45,906 nt of DNA, taken from sequence record DRR723986_623; one strand, 5' to 3'. Below, in pieces: positions 18,505 through 28,065 of this stretch (positions are counted from its first letter, which is position 1; every line of letters begins with the position of its first letter). Both the position numbers and the translations under genes were made by a program. The notes under the pieces are model-generated. The model saw only the letters and a program-made list of their open reading frames with translations, made no database searches and was not told where the DNA came from.

Positions 18505-19905
18505 ATGAGCAACATCCCTTCGGACGCTGTAAATGCGTCTACCCCCAGCCGATTTTACCTGGCTGCCTGGCGTTGGCACTTTTACGCCGGTCTTTATGTT
18601 GTGCCGTTTCTGATCATGCTGGCCGTCACCGGCCTTTCGATGATGTTTATTTCCGTTCTTGATGGCCGCGACGGGGAATACATCAAGGTTGCAATTGCCG
18701 GCGAACCAGTGGCGCTGTCGCAGCAGGCCGACGCTGCGCTGGCAACGCGGGGGCAGGGCGCGAGCCTGGTGGAATGGATCGGCGCCAAGACCGCCGACGG
18801 AGCCAATGTCTTCCGCGTCAACGACGCTGGCACCAATTACATGGTGGCAGTTGACCCTTATTCGGGCTCGGTCGTTGAGAGCTGGATCCGGCGTGACGGC
18901 TGGTATGACTTGCTGAACGACATTCACGGTACGCTCCTGATCGGCGATCTTGGCGACCGTCTGATCGAAATCGCAGCCGGCCTTGCCATCGTGCTGATCG
19001 TGACCGGTCTTTATCTGTGGTGGCCACGGGCAGGCGGTGGAAGTGTTCTTGTGCCGGATCTTCGCGCGAGAGGTCGTGCGCTCTGGAAGAGCCTGCACAA
19101 GGTGATCGGCGCCTATGTTTCTCTCATCCTGCTGGTCTTCCTGGTCAGTGGTCTCTCCTGGGCCGGTGTCTGGGGCGAGAAATTCGTTCAGGCCTGGAGC
19201 ACTTTTCCAGCCGAAAAATGGTCCAACGTGCCTCTGTCCGACGACACCCACGCCTCGATGAACCATGGCTCGATAAAGGACGTTCCCTGGGGGCTGGAAC
19301 AGACCAGCATGCCGATGTCCGGCTCTGATGCCGGCACCGACGCGATTGCTGCCGAAACGCCGATTGATCTGGACAGTATTGCCGCGTTCGGCCGGAAAAT
19401 CGGCTTTGAAGGGCGGTTCCGGGTGAACCTTCCCGGCAATGAAACCGGTGTCTGGACCGTCAACCAGGATTCCATGAGCAACGACTCAGAGAACCCGATG
19501 GTCGACCGCACGGTGCATATCGATCAATACACCGGGCGGATCCTGGCGGATGTCGGTTTTGCGGATTATTCCCTGCCGGCCAAGGGCATGGCCATCGGCA
19601 TTGCCTTTCACGAAGGCGACATGGGGCTCTGGAACGTGGTGTTCAACACCCTATTCTGCCTGTCGGTGATTTTCCTTTGCATCAGCGGGCTTGTCATGTG
19701 GTGGCTCCGACGGCCGAAAGGCTCAGCCCTTCGGGTTTTTGCACCGAAAACGCCGGATGACCTGCCGCATTGGCGTGGCGCGATGATCCTGATGCTGGCC
19801 GTCTCCCTGGCCTTTCCGCTGGTCGGCATCACGCTATTGAGCGTGCTGGCGCTGGACTATCTTGTTGTCAAACGCGTGCCGGTTCTGAGAAAGGCGATCG
19901 GATGA
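18505..19905 (+). CDS. PepSY-associated TM helix domain inner-membrane protein
   Basis: WRWHFYAGL, IHGTLL, TGLYLWWPR, LHKVIG, FHEG and SGLVMWW motifs. Confidence 0.92.
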   Translation: MSNIPSDAVNASTPSRFYLAAWRWHFYAGLYVVPFLIMLAVTGLSMMFISVLDGRDGEYIKVAIAGEPVALSQQADAALATRGQGASLVEWIGAKTADGANVFRVNDAGTNYMVAVDPYSGSVVESWIRRDGWYDLLNDIHGTLLIGDLGDRLIEIAAGLAIVLIVTGLYLWWPRAGGGSVLVPDLRARGRALWKSLHKVIGAYVSLILLVFLVSGLSWAGVWGEKFVQAWSTFPAEKWSNVPLSDDTHASMNHGSIKDVPWGLEQTSMPMSGSDAGTDAIAAETPIDLDSIAAFGRKIGFEGRFRVNLPGNETGVWTVNQDSMSNDSENPMVDRTVHIDQYTGRILADVGFADYSLPAKGMAIGIAFHEGDMGLWNVVFNTLFCLSVIFLCISGLVMWWLRRPKGSALRVFAPKTPDDLPHWRGAMILMLAVSLAFPLVGITLLSVLALDYLVVKRVPVLRKAIG

Positions 19906-19954
19906 CGACGTAAGGGGCGTCTGACGAGGCCACTGTTCGGGTCCTCAACATTGC

Positions 19955-19993
19955 TGTTACCCCGGATAGGCGCTGCGTCTATCCGGGGTAACA
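19955..19993. terminator. Long palindrome (15-bp perfect arms) between convergent genes; bidirectional terminator or REP-like element
   Basis: TGTTACCCCGGATAG-gcgctgcgt-CTATCCGGGGTAACA. Confidence 0.6.
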
Positions 19994-20050
19994 CGCCTCC
20001 AAAATTTTGATCGCAGTGTGCGGCAGCAAGCTGCGGCCAATGCTGCCAAC

Positions 20051-21613
20051 TTACTTGTGCCTGATCACCATCAGCGTAATGTCGTCATGCACCGTTTGTG
20101 TGTCGATATGGGCCTTGAGGTCCGCCAGAATGCCCTCCAGCACCCGCCCGGCCTTTGGTGCAGCGTGGCGGCGGGCACTCGCGACCAAGCGGTCCAGACC
20201 ATATAGCACACCGTCAGGATTTTCCGCTTCGGTCACGCCATCCGTATAAAGAATGATGAGATCTCCGGGACCGAACGCCAGCTCCCTGGTTTCGATAAAC
20301 GGTTCGATGTCTTCATCGAGGCCGATCGGGAAGCCGAGATCGACCGTATCGACGATGTCGCATTGGCCGTTGTCGCGCAGAATGATCAGTTCCTCGTGCT
20401 GGCCCGACAAGGTTACCTTGTTCGGTTCGAAATCGAGGAAGGACAGCGTCAGGTGCTTGTCGGTCCGGGTGCGCTTCAGGTTGCGGCAGATGGCGCTGTT
20501 GAGTGCAACCAGGAACTGGCGCGGATCTGACGGTCCGCGTTCCTGCAGGGCGACGGCGATGGACTGAACCATCAGCATCAGAACACCGCTTTCCAGGCCA
20601 TGGCCGGTCACATCGCCAATGCCGATCTTCACCTTTTTGTCCAGCTGCAGCACGTCGTAATAGTCACCGCCAACTTCGTCTGCCGGTTCCATGAAGGCCG
20701 CGATTTCCAGTTCATGAATGCCGCCAAGCTCATCTTTGGTTGGTAGCACCATCATCTGGATCTGCCTTGCGACTTCAATTTCCGCTCCCAGCCGCAGGTT
20801 TTCGGACGTCAGCTGCTTGTTGAGATGCGCGATTTCCGTATTCGCGTGCTCCAGATTGACGTTCATCCGGTGAAACCGCGTTGCCTGGTGCCATTGCAGG
20901 GCGGTGACCGCAGCACCGATCGCCCCTGCACAGCCGAAGTAAAGCAGCAGGTATTTGAACGACCAGAGGTTTGCGGCAATGGGTTGGCTGATGGTGATCG
21001 CCTGAATGCCGCGCACATCGCCCGTCTTCCAGTCGGTCTTGGGACTTTCCGGGTGGCTGTTGTGGCAGGAAACGCAGGCCTCGCCCATCAAGACGGGGGA
21101 GGCGATCTGGATCTTTCGGTCGAAGATCGATCCTTCGTAGGCAATCTCCAAGTCTGCAGGATCACGGCTCTGTCTGAAATCGTTCAGTGCCTTGATCTCG
21201 AAAGGTGTCAGGTTGTGTGACCCGCGCTCCATGAACGGCAGATCCGACACGAATCGGTATTGCAGATTATGGTCGTTGCCGCCGATCACTTCCCCAAGTT
21301 CGATGGAGAGCGTGGCGGGAATCGGAATGCCGCCTGGCGTTTCGTGATATTCGTGTGTCGGGGTGATGTCGCCCGGCGCCTGTTGAACCCGGGCGATCAC
21401 GTTTTGCGCGTAATAGGTCCGGATCTTGCCGATGGCCTGGTCCAGGTCAACCGCCTGCGAGCGCAGGGAGGCATCTGAAATGGCGCGCAGGTCCATCCAC
21501 ACGGCAACAGGCAACATGCCAAGCCCGATAAGCACCAGAACCAGAAAAACCGCCGGTCGTTCGATGAGCGTGAGCCAGAATTTGTCGACGCGGCGGGGTT
21601 CTGTCTGCTTCAT
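20051..21613 (-). CDS. SpoIIE/PP2C phosphatase with periplasmic c-type heme (DUF3365/Tll0287-like) sensor domain
   Basis: Two TM helices flank PIPAT...ACVSCHN...WKTGDVRG; coiled coil; PP2C motifs VGGDYYD, GDVTGHG, YTDGVTEA and DDIT. Confidence 0.88.
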   Translation of the reverse strand: MKQTEPRRVDKFWLTLIERPAVFLVLVLIGLGMLPVAVWMDLRAISDASLRSQAVDLDQAIGKIRTYYAQNVIARVQQAPGDITPTHEYHETPGGIPIPATLSIELGEVIGGNDHNLQYRFVSDLPFMERGSHNLTPFEIKALNDFRQSRDPADLEIAYEGSIFDRKIQIASPVLMGEACVSCHNSHPESPKTDWKTGDVRGIQAITISQPIAANLWSFKYLLLYFGCAGAIGAAVTALQWHQATRFHRMNVNLEHANTEIAHLNKQLTSENLRLGAEIEVARQIQMMVLPTKDELGGIHELEIAAFMEPADEVGGDYYDVLQLDKKVKIGIGDVTGHGLESGVLMLMVQSIAVALQERGPSDPRQFLVALNSAICRNLKRTRTDKHLTLSFLDFEPNKVTLSGQHEELIILRDNGQCDIVDTVDLGFPIGLDEDIEPFIETRELAFGPGDLIILYTDGVTEAENPDGVLYGLDRLVASARRHAAPKAGRVLEGILADLKAHIDTQTVHDDITLMVIRHK

Positions 21614-21813
21614 GGGGAAACCTGATTTTCAGTATGAATTGAAACGGAATGCGGATCGGCAAGGAAGCCTGAAGGGAAACCCGATCAATTTCGCCATTAT
21701 GACGGTTGTCTGCCGCAACGGCCACAGCTGGAGATAAGATTTTGCAGTCTTGTTTTCAGCACGTTGAGGCTGTCTAGTAGGATGGTCGAGTTCCAATGCG
21801 CAAGCGGGGCATC

Positions 21814-22332
21814 ATGCAAACTCATCTTGTTTTCACGGTCATTGCAAAGGACCGGCCAGGCCTGGTCGAGCGGATGGCGGAAATCATCGCCGGCACTGGT
21901 GGCAACTGGATCGAAAGCTCCATGGCCCGTCTCGGCGGCGAATTTGCAGGCATCGTGCGCATCGCGATCGAGGGGCTGCATGCGGACGAACTGGTGGAAA
22001 AGCTGCAAGCTCTTTCCGCCGATGGCATCGATATCACGCTGCGCTCCGACCAGACCGGTGCAGAGCTGCCGGAAGGCGCTTCCGCTCATCTGGATCTCGT
22101 CTCCCAGGACCACCCGGGCATCTTGCGGGATATCACCCGCGTTCTTTCCGAAAAGGGTGTCAGCATCGAGCATCTGGAAACGGAAGTCGTCTCTGGCTCG
22201 ATGCAGGGAGAGGCCCTGTTCAAGGCATCTGCCGACCTGCGCCTGCCAGGTGGACTGGACCCTGCGAGCCTGAGCGACGCACTTCAGGAGACGGCAGGAG
22301 ACCTGATGGCGGATATCAATCTGATTGACTGA
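21814..22332 (+). CDS. GcvR-like tandem ACT-domain protein
   Basis: DRPGLV...GGNWIESSMARLGGEFAG and DHPGIL ACT motifs. Confidence 0.85.
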   Translation: MQTHLVFTVIAKDRPGLVERMAEIIAGTGGNWIESSMARLGGEFAGIVRIAIEGLHADELVEKLQALSADGIDITLRSDQTGAELPEGASAHLDLVSQDHPGILRDITRVLSEKGVSIEHLETEVVSGSMQGEALFKASADLRLPGGLDPASLSDALQETAGDLMADINLID

Positions 22333-22398
22333 CGTCGCTCAATCCTGCCAGAGGGAAGCGAGACGACACAGGCCTGGCAGGACAGAGGCTGCAACTTC

Positions 22399-22713
22399 AT
22401 GCTCGACCGGCTGGATTTTACCGGCAAACTATGGCTGTCCGCCGGACCAGGCGGCTGGACCTTCGTGACGTTACCTCCGGCCTGCGCCGATCAGATCCGG
22501 TTTTTCACAGGAAGCCGTAAAGGCGGCGCCTGGGGCATGATCAAGGTAAAGGCGCGGATCGGCGAGGCCGAATGGAGCACCACCATCTGGCCGGACAAGG
22601 CGTCCGGCTCCTTCCTGTTGCCGGTCAAATCGGCCGTGCGCAAGAAAGAGAAGATCGCAGCCGGAGACACCGTCGACGTATCACTTTGGCTTCAGGTGCC
22701 GCCGGGTTTCTGA
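22399..22713 (+). CDS. DUF1905-like small protein
   Basis: GGWTFV, WGMIKV.A.IG..WSTTIWP and LLPVKSAVRKKE motifs. Confidence 0.8.
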   Translation: MLDRLDFTGKLWLSAGPGGWTFVTLPPACADQIRFFTGSRKGGAWGMIKVKARIGEAEWSTTIWPDKASGSFLLPVKSAVRKKEKIAAGDTVDVSLWLQVPPGF

Positions 22714-22782
22714 CGGGGAGGGCCGTTTGAACTTTTGACTTCCGTCGGTCAGGCTCGTGCTGCCGGATCCGGGCAGGCGAAC

Positions 22783-24075
22783 TCAGGCGGCAAGTGCCCA
22801 ATCGGCCGCGTCCGTGCGTGCCCCGATCAGGGCAAGGCCGTTGGCAACAGACGTCAGCTCGTTGCCGCCGGAAATCCGCTCCTGGCCGAAGCGCTCCGCA
22901 AACTGGCGGCGCACGGCAGGCACGAAGGAGGTGCCGCCGGTCATGAACACCCGGTCGATGTCGGCTTCGCCCAAACCGGCCTTTTCCAGCGTGATATCCA
23001 GTGCCAGATCCATCTTCTTCAGGTCCGGTGCGATCCAGCCGTCGAAGTCCGCACGTTTCACAGTTGCCCGGAAGTCCGAACCGAGCGGGGCAAAGGTCAG
23101 CTCCGCCTCGTCTGCAGACGATAGCAAGGCCTTGGTTTCCGAGACGGACTTATAAAGCGGGTAGCCTTGGTCTTCTTCCACCAGATCGATAAAAAGCTCG
23201 ATCTTCTCCGGTTCCACGCAGTAGCGCAGCAGCTTTTTCATTTCCTTGAAGTCGTCTGAGGTCTTGAAAATCGACAGCATGTGCCAGCGGGCGAAGTTGG
23301 AAAAGAGGTTGGGCGGGATCTCCAGGATCTTGCCCATGCTCTGGTAGGCAGTGCCCTTGCCGAGCTTCGGCAGCACCACATTGTCGATGATGCGATAGTC
23401 GAACGTGTCACCGGCAATGCCGACCCCACCTCGGCCAAGCGGCGTCGCTTTCAGGTGCCCGGCTTCGGTCTCGAATCGCATGATCGAATAGTCGGTCGTG
23501 CCGCCGCCAAGGTCGGCAACCAGGATGGTCGTATCCTGTTCCAGCGATTGCGCGTAGGAAAAGGCCGCCCCGACAGGCTCCATAACAAAGAGGATGTCTT
23601 CAAAACCAACCTTCTGAAACGCCTTGCGATACCGCTCCATCGCCAGGTCTTCATCCGGATTGTGGCCGGCAAACTCCACCGGCCGGCCAACAACGAGCCG
23701 GGTTGCCGCGGGATCAAACGCAGCCCCGGCCCGCTCGAAAGCCCGCTGCAGAAACGTTGCCATCAGATCTTCAAACTCGAACCGGACCCCGAAAACTCCG
23801 GTCCCCTTGAAAACGCGGCTCGCCGCAAACGTCTTCAGCGACTGGATGAACCGCACATCGCCAAAACTCTCCAGAAACTGCCGGATTGCCCAGGGCCCGA
23901 CCTCCGCATTCAGCGCCTTGGCCGGCCCGCGGTCGAGAAAACTGAGAACAGTTGGTAGCGACGTGAAACTGTCGTTGCCATCAACAAAGCTGATCGGCGC
24001 AGTCGCCCCCACACCCTGCGCCGAAACCGCGACCGTGTTGGAGGTGCCGAAATCAAGTCCAATGGTCTGTTTCAT
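22783..24075 (-). CDS. Hsp70-family protein lacking a substrate-binding domain (YegD-like)
   Basis: GLDFGTSNT, VVGRPV.F, EPVGAA, DLGGGTTD and TGGTSFVP motifs; AGGGA before ATG 24075. Confidence 0.9.
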   Translation of the reverse strand: MKQTIGLDFGTSNTVAVSAQGVGATAPISFVDGNDSFTSLPTVLSFLDRGPAKALNAEVGPWAIRQFLESFGDVRFIQSLKTFAASRVFKGTGVFGVRFEFEDLMATFLQRAFERAGAAFDPAATRLVVGRPVEFAGHNPDEDLAMERYRKAFQKVGFEDILFVMEPVGAAFSYAQSLEQDTTILVADLGGGTTDYSIMRFETEAGHLKATPLGRGGVGIAGDTFDYRIIDNVVLPKLGKGTAYQSMGKILEIPPNLFSNFARWHMLSIFKTSDDFKEMKKLLRYCVEPEKIELFIDLVEEDQGYPLYKSVSETKALLSSADEAELTFAPLGSDFRATVKRADFDGWIAPDLKKMDLALDITLEKAGLGEADIDRVFMTGGTSFVPAVRRQFAERFGQERISGGNELTSVANGLALIGARTDAADWALAA

Positions 24076-24214
24076 GGCAAAGTCCCTTTGTGTCGCAGCG
24101 TTTTGTACAGACGCCGTTTTGCAATTGAATGGCGTTGGTTCATTCGAAACCGAAGCAGGAGCGCGTAGGGGCACTCCGAACACGGCAATCCAGCAAAAGT
24201 GAAATGGCTGTGCG

Positions 24215-24243
24215 GGATAGGCGGGAACAAACGAAAACGCAAG
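24215..24243 (-). promoter_or_regulatory. Candidate RpoH-type promoter of the Hsp70 gene
   Basis: CTTGcg-N16-CCTATcc, close to the alphaproteobacterial RpoH consensus CTTGAA-N16-CCTATAT. Confidence 0.4.
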
Positions 24244-24670
24244 CGGAAACTGGCTGTTTTTAATGCATTCGATCCGGCATCCGTTGCAGCTCCAATCTTC
24301 GGCTCACGGGTACCATCTGGAGAAAGGTGAATTGCTGAATGAAAAATGTGGCGTTGATGCCTGGGTTTTGTCTTCAGGACATTGCTGCCGGGTCGATATA
24401 CCCACACCGCACACTATGAGTTTCATCGGTTATGTGGTCGCGATCGGGGTTGGTCGCGGTCTCAGGCAGCAGGCTTTCGTACTTCCAGTTTGTAAAATTC
24501 ATCCCGCCTTCGAAATCATTGTGGCATCGTGACACTATGTTGCTGCGCGAAATTCCATTATGATACGCTCTGTCAGAAGATGGACATGAACTGTCTAAAG
24601 GTCTAGTCAAGACAACCAGTTGGCTTTCGAAGAACGCGTCAACAGAGATCAATAACTGCAGATTGACAGT

Positions 24671-25459
24671 ATGCACTCAGAACCTTTGCGCCAGGGCCTG
24701 AAACGCCAATTCGCGATCACGTTTGCGTTGGTCGTTCGCGAAATGACCACCCGCTACGGAAACAAGTTCGGCGGTTACATGTGGGCGGTCCTGGATCCGG
24801 TCTTGACGATCGCTATCATGACAACGGTGTTTTCAGCGGTTGCCCATACTCCACCACTGGGAAGAAGCTTCACCTTGTTTTTTGCGACCGGATACATCGC
24901 ATTTTACATGTATCGTTCAACTTCTGAGCAAGTGGGTTCTGCAGTCGAGGCAAACAGAGCGCTGCTGAACTATCCTGTCGTGCGGCCTTACGACACGATT
25001 TTGGGAAGGATTTTTTTGCAGGTAGCGACCCTTTTCGTCGTAAATGCTCTTCTTTTCGGGGCACTCTATCTCGTGGTTCCTTTTGAGAGTATCGATCTGG
25101 CACCCATCTTCCTAGCTTCCCTGATTGCGATTGCACTTGGTGCAGGAGTAGGGGCTTCGAACATCGTATGGTTTCACTTGAGCAGTACTTACCAGCAGAT
25201 CTGGGGGATTATCAACAGACCAGCCTTCCTAGTTTCGGGAGTTTTTTTCTTACCCGACTCGGTACCACACCCTTTCAGGGAGTGGCTCATGTGGAACCCA
25301 TTGGTTCATATTATCGGCTTGTTTAGAACTGGGTTTTACCCAACATATCGAGCAGCGTACGTGGATATGCCCTACGTAATCGGAATGACCGTCTTCTCGA
25401 TTGTTTTCGGGTTCTTCCTCGTTTGGCTCTATGATGCGCAATTGCGAGAACCGAAATGA
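24671..25459 (+). CDS. kpsM: Capsule ABC transporter permease
   Basis: REMTTRYG..GGYMWAVLDP, SGVFF and WNPLVHII..FRTGFY motifs. Confidence 0.92.
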   Translation: MHSEPLRQGLKRQFAITFALVVREMTTRYGNKFGGYMWAVLDPVLTIAIMTTVFSAVAHTPPLGRSFTLFFATGYIAFYMYRSTSEQVGSAVEANRALLNYPVVRPYDTILGRIFLQVATLFVVNALLFGALYLVVPFESIDLAPIFLASLIAIALGAGVGASNIVWFHLSSTYQQIWGIINRPAFLVSGVFFLPDSVPHPFREWLMWNPLVHIIGLFRTGFYPTYRAAYVDMPYVIGMTVFSIVFGFFLVWLYDAQLREPK

Positions 25460-26115
25460 TTAGGCTTGACCGATTGACCAAACGCTTCAAGCTCAAGGGA
25501 GAGATGCGGTACATCGCAAGGGATGTGTCGTTTACGGTGCCCAGGGGAAACAGTATTGGTCTGCTGGGGCGTAATGGTGCTGGCAAATCCACACTGCTGA
25601 GGCTTATTGCGGGTACAATCAAGCCGACCTCGGGCAGGATCATCCGTCTTGCCAACGTGTCCTTCCCGCTTGGTTTTCAGGGCAGTTTCAATGGCTCTCT
25701 AACCGGAGAGCAGAATGTTCGCTTCGTTGCCCGCATTTATGGGCACGACACGGAACAACTGGTCGACTACGTTCAGGATTTTGCCGAACTTGGGAAATCC
25801 TATTACATGCCGGTAAAAAGTTATTCCTCCGGAATGAAAGCCCGACTTGCCTTTGGCGTCAGCATGGGGATTGATTTTGACTACTATCTGGTCGACGAAA
25901 TCACGGCCGTCGGCGATTCGAATTTCAGAAAAAAGTGCAAATTGGTTTTTGAAGAAAAACTCCAGAATTCTGACATCATCATGGTATCTCATTCAAACGC
26001 TTCTCTTAAAGAGTACTGCACGACTGGAATTGTGTTAGAAGATGGCAACTTAACCTTTTTTAACGATATTGACGATGCAATTAGTATGCACAATGACAAC
26101 ATGGCACGCCGATAG
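25456..26115 (+). CDS. kpsT: Capsule ABC transporter ATPase
   Basis: GRNGAGKST, YSSGMKARLAFG, DEITAVGD and VSH motifs. Confidence 0.95.
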   Translation: MIRLDRLTKRFKLKGEMRYIARDVSFTVPRGNSIGLLGRNGAGKSTLLRLIAGTIKPTSGRIIRLANVSFPLGFQGSFNGSLTGEQNVRFVARIYGHDTEQLVDYVQDFAELGKSYYMPVKSYSSGMKARLAFGVSMGIDFDYYLVDEITAVGDSNFRKKCKLVFEEKLQNSDIIMVSHSNASLKEYCTTGIVLEDGNLTFFNDIDDAISMHNDNMARR

Positions 26116-26149
26116 GCCGGTCTCTGAATACTTGAAGGTTTGATTGAAC

Positions 26150-27475
26150 ATGTCAGCTGCCGAAAAAATGCCTGGAGAAAAGGCCGACGAGATTGGTCAG
26201 GGAACGGTGTTCAATCTTCCGTCCAAAAAGGGAGCTGCCGTTGCCAAGGCAAATTCCAAGGACGGTAAGCTGATTAGTAGGCTGAAAAAGTCCGGCCTCG
26301 ATCCGCAGAAACTGCTTGATTTGGCACTGCCGGCAGCGACGGCGAAGTCCGCAACAAAAATGCGGCACAGGATGATCCTGTTAGGCTTCATGTTGTTCGT
26401 AGCCATGCCGGCTGCCGCATTTTCCGCCTATATGTTTTTCTGGGCAAGCGATCAATATCACAGCACGACAGCATTTGCCGTCCGCAGCTCCCAGCCCGTT
26501 GCGGCGACTGAAGTTCTTGGCATGGTAATGGGTAATGCCGGAGGGGAGTCTGCGACCTCCAACAGCTATATTGTTACGGACTATCTGCAGAGCCAATCCG
26601 TACTGGAGGACCTTCCGGACGATCTGGATTTGCAGACCATTTTCAATCGCGAATCTTCGGATTTCCTGTTCAGCATGGGCCGCGATCTACCGGTCGAAGA
26701 CCGCTTGAGCTACTGGAACGACATGGTCGACGTCAGTTTTGATGCGACCTCCGGAGTGATCCAGGTTGAAGTGCGCAGCTTCCGGCCGGAGGATTCGGTC
26801 GAGATCGCCAAGGCAGTGCTTAAACGCAGCGAAATACTGGTCAATCAGCTTTCCGAGGCTAACAGGCGGGAAACCGTACGTTTCGCGGAAGAAAGTGTTG
26901 CGCGCGCCGAGGCGCGCCTGAAAGCAATCCGCAAGCAAATGCTTGCCTACAGGAACGAGACACAGGAAGTCAGTCCGGAGGAAAATGCCAAGCTTGCTGT
27001 GGAAATGATTGCCGGACTGGATCAGCAGCGCGCAAGCCGGGAAGCAGAAAAAAAGACCCTGATGAGTTATCTGGACGAGGACTCGCCGCGCATCAGGCTG
27101 CTGAACCAGCAAATCGAGGCCCTGGAAGGCCAGATTTCAAGTGCGCGGGAACGCCTTGGCTCCGGCACATCGCCTTCCGGTTCTTCTGGTACGAACAGGA
27201 CAGCTCTCTCCTTCCGTCTTGCCGATTATTCGGAACTTGCATTGGAAGAAGAATTTGCACAGCAGCTCTATGTAACGTCCCTTGCCAGCTTGGAAACGGC
27301 TCGTCAGGAGGCCGACGGTAAACATCTTTACCTGGCGACTTTCATCCAGCCAACCCTTTCAGAAGACGCACAGTACCCGCACCGTTTGCTGTATTCTCTG
27401 GCCATGTTTTTGCTCCTGGCTGGAGCCTGGTCCGTAGTGGTCCTGATGTACTACAATGTTCGTGATCGGACTTGA
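26150..27475 (+). CDS. kpsE: Capsule export polysaccharide co-polymerase (KpsE/RkpR)
   Basis: Two TM helices flanking a coiled coil; ASDQY, DYLQS and YLATFIQPT...YP motifs. Confidence 0.9.
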   Translation: MSAAEKMPGEKADEIGQGTVFNLPSKKGAAVAKANSKDGKLISRLKKSGLDPQKLLDLALPAATAKSATKMRHRMILLGFMLFVAMPAAAFSAYMFFWASDQYHSTTAFAVRSSQPVAATEVLGMVMGNAGGESATSNSYIVTDYLQSQSVLEDLPDDLDLQTIFNRESSDFLFSMGRDLPVEDRLSYWNDMVDVSFDATSGVIQVEVRSFRPEDSVEIAKAVLKRSEILVNQLSEANRRETVRFAEESVARAEARLKAIRKQMLAYRNETQEVSPEENAKLAVEMIAGLDQQRASREAEKKTLMSYLDEDSPRIRLLNQQIEALEGQISSARERLGSGTSPSGSSGTNRTALSFRLADYSELALEEEFAQQLYVTSLASLETARQEADGKHLYLATFIQPTLSEDAQYPHRLLYSLAMFLLLAGAWSVVVLMYYNVRDRT

Positions 27476-28065
27476 TCGCTCCGATTTGTTCTTACGATTA
27501 AAATCTTATCGATCTTACATATTATCTAAGTAATCATTGATTGTGGAATAAACATAAGAGATCTGGTGTTTTATAACAAAAGGCTCAAGGCTAACGCTTA
27601 GCATGCATCAGTTTGCGTAGTTAATTGAGGTACACGATAGAAGTATCTCCAGTTAGGCATGCCACACTTTGACTAGATAAAACTTGAACAGCACTAAGTT
27701 TACCAGTGGCCGCGAAAACAGTGCTATTAGCTAGTTATATTATGGTCTTGGCGGATTATGTTTATAGTTTATCTTGACGGCCTTAACTCATTGTATCCTA
27801 CCGCCACATTTGAGTATCGCTCGACACTCCTGGAAAACATAAAAGCAAAATTGAAGATATACTTTTCTAATGCAGAAATTGTATATGTTTGGTCTAGAAC
27901 TCTTATTGTGGTAACATATTTGTCGTCTATGTATATACCTTGAGAAAGATATTCACGACGACCATTTGCACTGATCGTCGCTGGTTTAATCTTGGCATTA
28001 GCCAATAAGGCGGCATTTTTTGCTAAAGAAAAAAAATAATGGGTCGTGATACAGGAACTAAATTT

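Noticed and set aside
24244-24670. Short ORFs between the Hsp70 gene and kpsM (e.g. MNFTNWKYESLL...)
   Set aside because: No motifs and conflicting frames; more likely a promoter region or island boundary
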